From Mesotaenium endlicherianum (lineage: Eukaryota): 64,000 nt of DNA. Below are positions 40,001 to 48,040 of this stretch, one piece after another; position 1 is the first letter of the stretch; the number at the start of each line of letters is the position of its first letter. Location of the stretch: the NCBI GenBank assembly GCA_009602735.1, contig WELA01001485.1, forward strand, positions 62,001-126,000, in the 5' to 3' direction. Below the pieces are notes generated by a model that made no database searches, was not told where the DNA came from, and was given only the letters and a program-made list of their open reading frames with translations. Made by a program: the position numbers and the translations under genes.

Positions 40001-42343
40001 CTACCTGATTAATGCAAATGTGCCGTTCTTCACCACCCTGGTTCCGTCGATCATGATCGCTTCCATCACATAAGTGTATGCCCCGCCAGGTGCTTTATTG
40101 CCTTTATAAGTGCCATCCCAACCTTTCTTCGGATCTCTCGACTCAAATACAAGCGCGCCCCATTGATTATAGACCATCAATCGCAAGGAAGCAATAGCGG
40201 TTCCGTATATCAGGAATATATCATTAATGCCATCACCGTTGGGTGTGAAAGCATTGGGTATATAAATACCATTGCCGAAGGGGTTCAGTGCCCTTAATGA
40301 TAATTGCGAGGTATCGCTGGTTTCACAGGTATATCGACCCAGCGTCTTAACCGTCAGGTTAACCAGGTCATTGGGCTGCAATCCTGTTACTGTATGCGTA
40401 AGCCCGAGTAAACCGCTCGAAGGCAATTGATAAGTGTTGCCTTTATCCAAACTCACAGAGTAGCCTGAGGCAGCCGTTATGGGATTCCAGCGGAAGCGAA
40501 GCACGGCCAATCCTATCGAATCGGCATATATTGCCGGCTTGGGTAATGACACCCGTACCGCCACTTTTGCGTTAGCAGTCTTGGTGGAACATACCGCGGG
40601 GTTGCTGGCGCCGGAAACAGTAAAGCTCACGGCTTTGGCAATACCAGGCGTTTTATAATCCGGTGCCGTATGCAGTATCGTTGAATTACCGCTGATCGTC
40701 CACGAATAACTTACGCCGGTTTGTGGTACCGCTACATACATCGAATCGGTTTCACCGGTGCAGATGGAATCTTTGAGCGTTACCACATCAAAATCCTTTA
40801 CCGGCACGGCAATGAGCAACTTCGTGCTGTCTTGTGTAGTACAGAGATATTTTTTAACGGTTACCTTATAGGTACTACTTTGTTTTCCATAGATCCTTTG
40901 CGATGTGGCGCCATTGCTCCACAAATAAGAACTGAAGCCTGCGCCGGCATCGAGCAGGGCGCTGTCGGCACAAATGATCACATTCTTTTGTAAAGCCGTT
41001 TTCATACCAGCCAATGTAATGGTCACGCTATCAGAACAAACAACACCGCCTACCGTACGCGTTACTTTGTATTGGGTGGTTTGGGTAGGAGTGACTTTGA
41101 CAGAATCGGTGGTTTCGCCAGTTGACCACTGCACTTTCACCCTCGTTCCCGCTGAAAGCGTAGAATCTGGATAATAAGCCCAGATGCCATCGTACCGCGC
41201 CCAAATCATCCGCTTTCCGATGGGGTCATAATAAGCCATTCCATTGGCTGTGCTATCTGGTAAAGCCGGTGGTATATCTCCCTCTCCCTGGAAGGCTGCA
41301 AAACCGTTGTCTATATTACGACGGAAACGATAGGTCTTATTGGTATTAACATGTTTCAGGTTAGTGGCGTAATTGGAATCGGGTTTGAATCCGCCAAAAA
41401 TGAAGAACCTCGACTTATCGTAATCATATACAGCGGCGCCTTCGTATTGAATGGACTGGCTATTAACCGGCAATATTTTTGTGAAAGTGTAATTGTTCTT
41501 TACATCTATTTCCCATAAGTCGCGCAACCAGCACAGTCGTCCGTTCTGTGTGGCCCAGGGACTGCCCAGCGTACAACCATTTGCTTCATTACCGGTATAA
41601 CTGCCCTGGCCGGAGAACAGGTACAGTTTGCTGCCGTCTGCATTTGCACCAATCAGGTTCCCTCCTTTGGGAACGGTATCGATGGGCAGTACATTGGGTC
41701 TTTTTTCTATCCAGCCGGCCACCGTATTTTCATAAACCCAGTTTTTCATGGTTCCGTAACCAAATCCGCCATATAAGCCTGCCTGTCCGGTGAAGGGGTT
41801 CCAGAAAGAAGAAGCGCCATAGCAGTCATTGTCGGTGAAGCCCACACTGATCTGCTGCCAGGATCCGCCATTCTCACTCACTGCATATACCGCATCGCGC
41901 CCCGCCCGCCAGCACAGCAGGCGTTTATTGGTGTAATCGTAAGTGAATTCAGTATAATCGCCTGGCCAGGCGCCTGTAATGGGTACAGATGTCTGCACGT
42001 TATTCTTCAGGTCATAACGCACAATAATCTGGTGATAAATAGTATAGAGGTATTGCTTATCGCGGTTATACCCGAACGGTTTCGGATTAAAAAGAATACT
42101 ATCAGCCATACCGCTCCGGGTAATCAATTGCTTCCATACACCCGGCATGGAATCAGGTGGTGGAGGCGGCAACAGTTTGAGTGTTAGACTGGTTCCATCA
42201 CAAATAATAGTATCTCGCTGGATGATAAAAGGCGTACAACCTTGCGGAAAAGGCAGGGAGTCGAATAAAGCTTCCCTTCCCCATGAAAAGATGGGAGCAA
42301 TAAGGAATAATAAAGAAAGTGTGTATAATTTTCTCTTATTCAC
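40001..42343 (-). CDS. T9SS type-B cargo with a beta-propeller (kelch-like) domain
   Basis: Signal peptide, kelch-like GG repeats (LYGGFG, LFSGQG, IFGGF) and Ig-like domains. C-terminus YIPNAFTPNGDGIND..YNQWG..GWDG..GTFALIR. Starts at GTG. Confidence 0.85.
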   Translation of the reverse strand: MNKRKLYTLSLLFLIAPIFSWGREALFDSLPFPQGCTPFIIQRDTIICDGTSLTLKLLPPPPPDSMPGVWKQLITRSGMADSILFNPKPFGYNRDKQYLYTIYHQIIVRYDLKNNVQTSVPITGAWPGDYTEFTYDYTNKRLLCWRAGRDAVYAVSENGGSWQQISVGFTDNDCYGASSFWNPFTGQAGLYGGFGYGTMKNWVYENTVAGWIEKRPNVLPIDTVPKGGNLIGANADGSKLYLFSGQGSYTGNEANGCTLGSPWATQNGRLCWLRDLWEIDVKNNYTFTKILPVNSQSIQYEGAAVYDYDKSRFFIFGGFKPDSNYATNLKHVNTNKTYRFRRNIDNGFAAFQGEGDIPPALPDSTANGMAYYDPIGKRMIWARYDGIWAYYPDSTLSAGTRVKVQWSTGETTDSVKVTPTQTTQYKVTRTVGGVVCSDSVTITLAGMKTALQKNVIICADSALLDAGAGFSSYLWSNGATSQRIYGKQSSTYKVTVKKYLCTTQDSTKLLIAVPVKDFDVVTLKDSICTGETDSMYVAVPQTGVSYSWTISGNSTILHTAPDYKTPGIAKAVSFTVSGASNPAVCSTKTANAKVAVRVSLPKPAIYADSIGLAVLRFRWNPITAASGYSVSLDKGNTYQLPSSGLLGLTHTVTGLQPNDLVNLTVKTLGRYTCETSDTSQLSLRALNPFGNGIYIPNAFTPNGDGINDIFLIYGTAIASLRLMVYNQWGALVFESRDPKKGWDGTYKGNKAPGGAYTYVMEAIMIDGTRVVKNGTFALIR

Positions 42344-42444
42344 TAAGGTTTTTTATAGGTGGACTTTCTCCTGGCCGGAGATATAACGCTAAAATATACA
42401 AAATAGTATGAAATCGCCAGCGTTTCTGGCAATAATCTGCAGTT

Positions 42445-43935
42445 TTACAGCTCCTTACGCAGGCGGGCCACGGGTATATTCAGCTGTTCGCGGTATTTGG
42501 CCACCGTTCTGCGGGCAATATTGTACCCTTTCTCCCGGAGCATATCGGTGAGCAGCTCATCGCTGAGGGGCTTTCTTTTATCTTCTGCTTCTATCAGGTC
42601 GCTCAGGATCTTTTTCACTTCGCGGGTGCTCACTTCCTCCCCGCTATCGGTACTCAAAGATTCACTGAAGAAGAATTTGAGGCGGTAGGTACCGAATTCT
42701 GTTTGTACAAATTTGCTGTTGGCCACACGGCTAACGGTAGAGATATCCAAGCCGGTCAGTTCGGCAATATCTTTCAATATCATCGGCTTCATCGTGGTCT
42801 CATCGCCTGTAAGAAAGAATTCGCGCTGGTGTTTCATGATAGCGCTCATGGTATTGATCAGTGTTTCCTGTCTTTGTTTGATCATATCAATGAACCACTT
42901 GGCAGAATCGATCTTTTGTTTGATGAAGAGTATGGCTTCTTTCTGTCGCTTGTCTTTTTTATTGCCTTTATCGTAATCCTTCAGCATGTCGCGGTAACCT
43001 TCGCTGATGCGCAGGTCGGGAGCATTCTTGGCATTCAGCGTGAGCTCCAGTTTACCATTGTTATTGATGATGAAAAAATCGGGAACGATATAACTCTCCG
43101 CTTTATTGATCTCGCCAATATGGCCGCCTGGCTTAGGATTGAGCTTGATGATCTGGCTGATCACTTCCCTGATCTGTTCATCGCTGAGATTGAGTCCGCG
43201 TTGTATTTTCTCGTAATGCTTCTTGGTAAACTCGTCAAAATACCTGCTCAGTACCTGTATAGCCAGCTCCACACCTATACCTTCCGACAGCTTTCTTTTC
43301 AACTGAAGCAACAAACATTCTTTCAGATCACGCGCGCCAATACCTGGCGGATCGAACTGCTGTATCTGATGGATAATGGTTTCTATTTCTTTTTCATCTA
43401 CCTGCAAGGATTGGCGAAAAGCGAGGTCATCGGCGATGGACGACAGTTCGCGACGCAGGTATCCGTCATCATCGAGACTTCCCACTACCTGCTCTGCTAT
43501 TTTAAGACTGCGCTCATCCAGTTCCAGCATGCCCAGTTGATCAAGCAGCAGGTCATGGAAACTGGTCTCTACTTTGATGGGGATGATTTTCTGGTCGTCC
43601 ATCTCAGGATAATTATCATCCTTCAGTTTATAGTCTGCGATCTCTCCGTCATCCTCCATCACATATTCACTGATGTCTACATTCTCATAATCTTCCACAC
43701 TCCCGTCGGGATCCAGGTCATCGGCCTCCTGGTTATCAAATTCGTCCTGCAGCTCATCGGTATATTCATCTTCGTGCCTGTCCTCATCCATTTCCAGGGC
43801 AGGATTTTCTTCCAGCTCTTCTTTGATGCGCTCTTCCAGGTTGGCCGTAGGCACCTGCAATAGCTTCATCAGCTGTATCTGCTGTGGAGACAGTTTTTGT
43901 AATAACTTCTGTTGTAATGACTGGCTTAAAGACAT
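42445..43935 (-). CDS. rpoN: RNA polymerase sigma-54 factor
   Basis: LQQKLLQKLSPQQIQLMKLLQ, ELEENPALE, DISTVSRV, RpoN box ARRTVAKYRE. Confidence 0.97.
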   Translation of the reverse strand: MSLSQSLQQKLLQKLSPQQIQLMKLLQVPTANLEERIKEELEENPALEMDEDRHEDEYTDELQDEFDNQEADDLDPDGSVEDYENVDISEYVMEDDGEIADYKLKDDNYPEMDDQKIIPIKVETSFHDLLLDQLGMLELDERSLKIAEQVVGSLDDDGYLRRELSSIADDLAFRQSLQVDEKEIETIIHQIQQFDPPGIGARDLKECLLLQLKRKLSEGIGVELAIQVLSRYFDEFTKKHYEKIQRGLNLSDEQIREVISQIIKLNPKPGGHIGEINKAESYIVPDFFIINNNGKLELTLNAKNAPDLRISEGYRDMLKDYDKGNKKDKRQKEAILFIKQKIDSAKWFIDMIKQRQETLINTMSAIMKHQREFFLTGDETTMKPMILKDIAELTGLDISTVSRVANSKFVQTEFGTYRLKFFFSESLSTDSGEEVSTREVKKILSDLIEAEDKRKPLSDELLTDMLREKGYNIARRTVAKYREQLNIPVARLRKEL

Positions 43936-43952
43936 AGGTTTCTAAAACGCAG

Positions 43953-43960
43953 CAAATTTA
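43953..43960 (-). promoter_or_regulatory. Bacteroidota -7 promoter element for rpoN
   Basis: TAAATTTG on the minus strand, 17 bp before the ATG. Confidence 0.5.
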
Positions 43961-44020
43961 CACACAAAATGATGCCAGATACGATTTCTGGCATTTCATT
44001 TGTGGATTTTGATTTGCCTA

Positions 44021-45238
44021 TCATGCATGCACAGTCGCTTCGCTCAATACTTTTTTGATGATGGCAGCCATTTTTACCCCTTTCTCTCGCACCTGCTCTT
44101 CCGTCCACATAAGACTGATAGCCGTTGAAATACAGCGGCTCATAATGGCATCGCTTGCCGGAAAGTTGGTTGATCGCAGTTTTTGTAAAGCAGACTTTTG
44201 TTCTGCGTTGAGGTTATTCAGTGTAGCAATATCTTTTAAGTGGTCCCATTGTTTGATATAATGCCAGTTGTTCGCGTACCAATAAAAATTACCGGGTAAT
44301 ATGCCTTGTACTTTCATTTCCGCAACCACCGCTTTTGCGATGGCTTCGGTTGGCAGGAACCAACTGAGAAAAGTACAGCTATCACCTTCTGCATCGGGTA
44401 TTACACGGAAACTCAATTCGGGTACCTGCTCCAGGTAGGAACGCAGCAGGCGCTGATTTTTCCGCTGTACGGCAAGGAATTGATCGAGCTTACGTATCTG
44501 CGCGAGTCCAACTGCCGCATGCAGTTCACTGATGCGAAAATTTTGTCCTATGAACGGATGCAGATCAGCGCCCCTGTCTATTCCTTTATGATCGTGTCCA
44601 TGATCGGTATAGCCATCACATTTCAAATACACTTCTTCATTATTTGTAAGTATCACTCCGCCTTCTCCACAAGTAATGGTTTTAACAAAGTCGAAAGAAA
44701 AAGCACCTGCATCGCCAATAGTACCTACTGCTTTCCCTTTATACGTAGCGCCGATACTCTGGCAGGCATCTTCAAGAAAGACCAGTTGATGTTCTTTACA
44801 TATCTGTTGCAACGCGTCTATATCGGCCATACTGCCACACATGTGCACAGGCATTATGCATTTGGTTCTGGGTGTGATGGCCGCGCGAACCGCATCGGGA
44901 TTGAGCGTGAGCGTTTCATCCACATCTACCAATACAGGTATAGCGCCTACTCCGAGCACTGCTTCAAAGCTGGCCACGAAAGTAAACGTTGGCATGATCA
45001 CTTCATCACCTGCACCAATATTCAACACAGTCAATGCTGTTGTAAGCGCCGTAGTACCGCTCGAAGTGAGCTGTGCATATTTCGCGCCGAATACACGTGT
45101 AATGGCTTCTTCCAATTCTTTTGCTTTCCAGATGCCCTTACGGGGACCATCAAAACCATAACGCATCAATATGCCTGTTTCCAGCACATCGTTGACTTCT
45201 TTTCTTTCTTCATTGCCAAAAAATTCAAAACCGGGCAT
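44021..45238 (-). CDS. kdnA: DegT/DnrJ PLP aminotransferase, KdnA-like (Kdo8N synthesis)
   Basis: Starts MPGFEFFG. Motifs SSGTTAL, EDACQ, SFDFVKTITCGEGG, DHGHDH, NFRISE and FYWYANNWHY match my recollection of Shewanella KdnA. Confidence 0.75.
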   Translation of the reverse strand: MPGFEFFGNEERKEVNDVLETGILMRYGFDGPRKGIWKAKELEEAITRVFGAKYAQLTSSGTTALTTALTVLNIGAGDEVIMPTFTFVASFEAVLGVGAIPVLVDVDETLTLNPDAVRAAITPRTKCIMPVHMCGSMADIDALQQICKEHQLVFLEDACQSIGATYKGKAVGTIGDAGAFSFDFVKTITCGEGGVILTNNEEVYLKCDGYTDHGHDHKGIDRGADLHPFIGQNFRISELHAAVGLAQIRKLDQFLAVQRKNQRLLRSYLEQVPELSFRVIPDAEGDSCTFLSWFLPTEAIAKAVVAEMKVQGILPGNFYWYANNWHYIKQWDHLKDIATLNNLNAEQKSALQKLRSTNFPASDAIMSRCISTAISLMWTEEQVREKGVKMAAIIKKVLSEATVHA

Positions 45239-45256
45239 ACGCTTAAAGTTGTTCAA

Positions 45257-45289
45257 CAAAGGTAGAGAAACTTGAGTAGACTATCTTTG
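45257..45289. promoter_or_regulatory. Back-to-back Bacteroidota -7 elements for the kdnA-like gene (-) and the DsbA gene (+)
   Basis: TACCTTTG on the minus strand (45257-45264) and TATCTTTG on the plus strand (45282-45289). The minus element supports ATG 45238 over TTG 45259. Confidence 0.5.
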
Positions 45290-45293
45290 TGTA

Positions 45294-45953
45294 ATGGAAC
45301 CTTCTCTTATTTACTGTTATGATGCTTATTGTGGGTGGTGTTATGGGTTCAGTCCGGTAATAAAAAAAATAGCTGCACATTATCCTCAGTTACCTGTACA
45401 GGTATTATCCGGCGGTATGATCTTGCCGAAAGAACCTGTGCATATCGGCGCTACTGCAGGTTATATCCAAGAGGCTTATAAAACCGTTGAAGAATATACA
45501 GGCATTCAATTTGGTAATGATTATCTCTGGCATATCAATCATCCGGAGTTGAGCGATTGGTACCCTAATTCTGAAAAACCCGCCATTGCACTGTGTATTT
45601 TCAAAACTTTTTATCCCAACAAGCAACTGGAGTTCGCATCTGATCTGCAGCATGCATTGCACTACGAAGGGCGCGACCTGACCGATGACGAAGCTTATCG
45701 TCATTTACTGGAAAAATACGGTATCGATGAAAAGGTTTTTTACAGCAAGCTCAAAAGCGAAGAATACAAAGTGCAAGCGCATTATGAATTTTCGCTGGTC
45801 AAACAATTGCAGGTAACGGGCTTCCCCTGCCTGCTGTTGCAGGAAACCGACAGCCGTTTTCACCTGCTGTCCAGAGGCTATACCGATTATGAAACGCTCC
45901 GGGCCAGGTTAGACGCGGCTTTAAAACAGGTTAGCACGGGCAACCACTCATAA
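45294..45953 (+). CDS. DsbA-family (FrnE-like) thioredoxin-fold protein
   Basis: YDAYCGWCYGF (CxxC) and VTGFP (cis-Pro loop). Confidence 0.88.
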   Translation: MEPSLIYCYDAYCGWCYGFSPVIKKIAAHYPQLPVQVLSGGMILPKEPVHIGATAGYIQEAYKTVEEYTGIQFGNDYLWHINHPELSDWYPNSEKPAIALCIFKTFYPNKQLEFASDLQHALHYEGRDLTDDEAYRHLLEKYGIDEKVFYSKLKSEEYKVQAHYEFSLVKQLQVTGFPCLLLQETDSRFHLLSRGYTDYETLRARLDAALKQVSTGNHS

Positions 45954-46025
45954 AATAATTCCCTGCTGATCGCTTGACATTGCCGGAAGGGGTTTGTATT
46001 TTTCATATCCACTAAAACGGACCTT

Positions 46026-46658
46026 ATGAAAAATATCCATTTGCTGGCTGCTGTGCTACTGCTTGCATCAACCGCCTGCAACAATACCAAAAAAGAAGAA
46101 AGCGGCATGGCCAAAGACGGTACGCAACAAGCTTCCTCCTCAACTCCTGATTCTACCACGATGATGAAGAACTGGCAGGCTTATATGGCACCTGGCGACA
46201 TGCACAAAATGATGGCATCCTGGGATGGCAACTGGAGTTGCACTATTAGTACCTGGATGCAGCCAGGTGCGCCACCTATTGCCAGTACAGCCACTGCCGT
46301 TAACAAAATGGTCTTGGGCGGACGTTACCAGGCTTCTGCTTTTACCGGCACTTTCAACGGAATGCCTTTTGAAGGAATGGGCACACTGGCTTATGATAAT
46401 GCCAAAAAACTATTCATCTCCACCTGGATGGACAATATGGGTACCGGTGTGATGAAAATGGAAGGCCCCTGGGACCCAGCCACGAAAACCATGGATCTCA
46501 AAGGCTCGATGATAGACCCAAGTACAGGTAAAGAAGTAACCGCACACCAAATGTTCACTGAAAAAGATGCCAATACACAGGTCATGGTCATGTTCGCACC
46601 CGGGCCTGGCGGAAAAGAATACAAATCGATGGAGATTTTATTTACCCGCAACAAATAA
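46026..46658 (+). CDS. DUF1579-like lipoprotein
   Basis: Lipobox STAC, PFEGMGTLAYDN..STWMDNMGTG. Confidence 0.75.
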   Translation: MKNIHLLAAVLLLASTACNNTKKEESGMAKDGTQQASSSTPDSTTMMKNWQAYMAPGDMHKMMASWDGNWSCTISTWMQPGAPPIASTATAVNKMVLGGRYQASAFTGTFNGMPFEGMGTLAYDNAKKLFISTWMDNMGTGVMKMEGPWDPATKTMDLKGSMIDPSTGKEVTAHQMFTEKDANTQVMVMFAPGPGGKEYKSMEILFTRNK

Positions 46659-46679
46659 AAGGAACCCGTTATTCCCAAT

Positions 46680-46713
46680 AAAAAAGTTGCCCGTTACAAT
46701 GGGCAGCTTTTTT
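46680..46713. terminator. Bidirectional intrinsic terminator
   Basis: AAAAAAGTTGCCC..GGGCAGCTTTTTT between convergent genes. Confidence 0.75.
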
Positions 46714-46742
46714 ATTGTAGTTGATGTTTACAAATTCATGTT

Positions 46743-47300
46743 TCAGAATAACATTTCCTGCGGAGGCTTGATGCCCTGGGTACGGATATAGATGGTACAC
46801 TGGCCACGATGGTGTGTCTGGTGTTCAAATACTTTCAACAAAAAAGCATACCGGGAAGCAGAGAAACCAAACAGGGTCACCGGCTCCCATAATTTCGCCA
46901 TATCCATATTTTTAATACTGTTGATGGCATAATCATAACTCTCATTCACATAATAATGAACAGAATCCACGCTTTGAGCGCTTTTTGTTTTTTCCAGTGA
47001 AAAGAGACGTCCCGGAGGATACAGCATGGCATTACCGGTGGCGTTTGCCATCAGCCCGATATTGGCAGTAGCCAGGTGCAGCATTTGCTGCGCAAAAGTA
47101 CGGATACTGTCATTCGGCTTGGCATCATACTTATCGGCCGGCATAACAGCCAGGTACGCATTGGTATACACTTTGGCCCTTTCCCAATCGCGTATCATTT
47201 GCGCCCGGACACTGTCTGCCGGAAGATCCTGTGCCCGCAAAGCAGGTGCCGTGACCAACAGCAGCATTAGTAAAGAAAAAAAGGTGAACAGCTTTTTCAT
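46743..47300 (-). CDS. Secreted DinB-family protein
   Basis: Signal peptide (RAQ), RTFAQQMLH, EHQTHHRGQ. Confidence 0.85.
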   Translation of the reverse strand: MKKLFTFFSLLMLLLVTAPALRAQDLPADSVRAQMIRDWERAKVYTNAYLAVMPADKYDAKPNDSIRTFAQQMLHLATANIGLMANATGNAMLYPPGRLFSLEKTKSAQSVDSVHYYVNESYDYAINSIKNMDMAKLWEPVTLFGFSASRYAFLLKVFEHQTHHRGQCTIYIRTQGIKPPQEMLF

Positions 47301-47501
47301 GTGTGTTTTTTTTATTGTTTGTAATGTTCACATAAAATTTGCCTGGTACACATAAACCTAAAAATGCCATGTACGATAACTCATTTCATGTTGATGATTT
47401 TGGAGGGTCAAAATAATAAATCGGTTTTCGAATTCAAAACCGTTCAAATAACTAGTTAGTTATTTTTCCCTTTACTTTGCAACTCTTAACAGTAAGTTTA
47501 T

Positions 47502-47906
47502 ATGGAGTACAGCAAATTGATTTCGGTAACTGGTATCGCGGGTTTATTTGAGCTGGTGGGCAGCAAGACAGACGGCGCCATTGTACGTTCTCTGGATGAT
47601 AAAAGCACCAAGTTCGTGAGCAGCCGGGTGCATAATTTCTCTCACCTCGAAAGCATCGAAGTATATACGGTTCGTGAAAATGTAAACCTGGTGGAAGTGT
47701 TCCAGGCCATGGATAAAAGCAAAGCTGCCCTGCCGTCTGATAAAGACGATAAGGCTGTAAAAGCTTATTTTCAGAAAGTATACCCCGATATGGATTTCGA
47801 TCGTGTATATGCCAGCGACATGAAGAAAATGGTCAAATGGTTCAATATACTGAAGGCCAACCAGGTAGAACTGAAGCTGAACGAAGAGCCACCAGCCGAA
47901 GCGTAA
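47502..47906 (+). CDS. DUF5606-like conserved Bacteroidota protein
   Basis: ISVTGIAGLF, LESIEVYT, DFDRVYASDMKKMVKWFN. Confidence 0.8.
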   Translation: MEYSKLISVTGIAGLFELVGSKTDGAIVRSLDDKSTKFVSSRVHNFSHLESIEVYTVRENVNLVEVFQAMDKSKAALPSDKDDKAVKAYFQKVYPDMDFDRVYASDMKKMVKWFNILKANQVELKLNEEPPAEA

Positions 47907-47925
47907 ACCATCAACAGCAAAAGAT

Positions 47926-47949
47926 AAAGCCGGCGCTGCCGGTTTTTTT
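47926..47949 (+). terminator. Intrinsic terminator
   Basis: AAAGCCGGC-GCT-GCCGGTTTTTTT. Confidence 0.7.
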
Positions 47950-48040
47950 ATGCGCTTTGGTCTGGGTTTAAACGCATGCTCACTCACAAAAACGCATAAA
48001 AACGCACCCGATTCCTTATCTTGTGTCTTCAAGCGCTATT

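Noticed and set aside
42703..43863. 386-aa plus-strand ORF (similar long ORFs at 8924-9775, 44306-45265, 48839-49900, 17949-18695)
   Set aside because: All lie fully antisense to well-supported genes and show no recognisable motifs; they are codon-bias shadows.
47950..48010. Repeated AAACGCA(T/C) words upstream of the GH3 gene
   Set aside because: Short, irregularly spaced, and no candidate regulator nearby.
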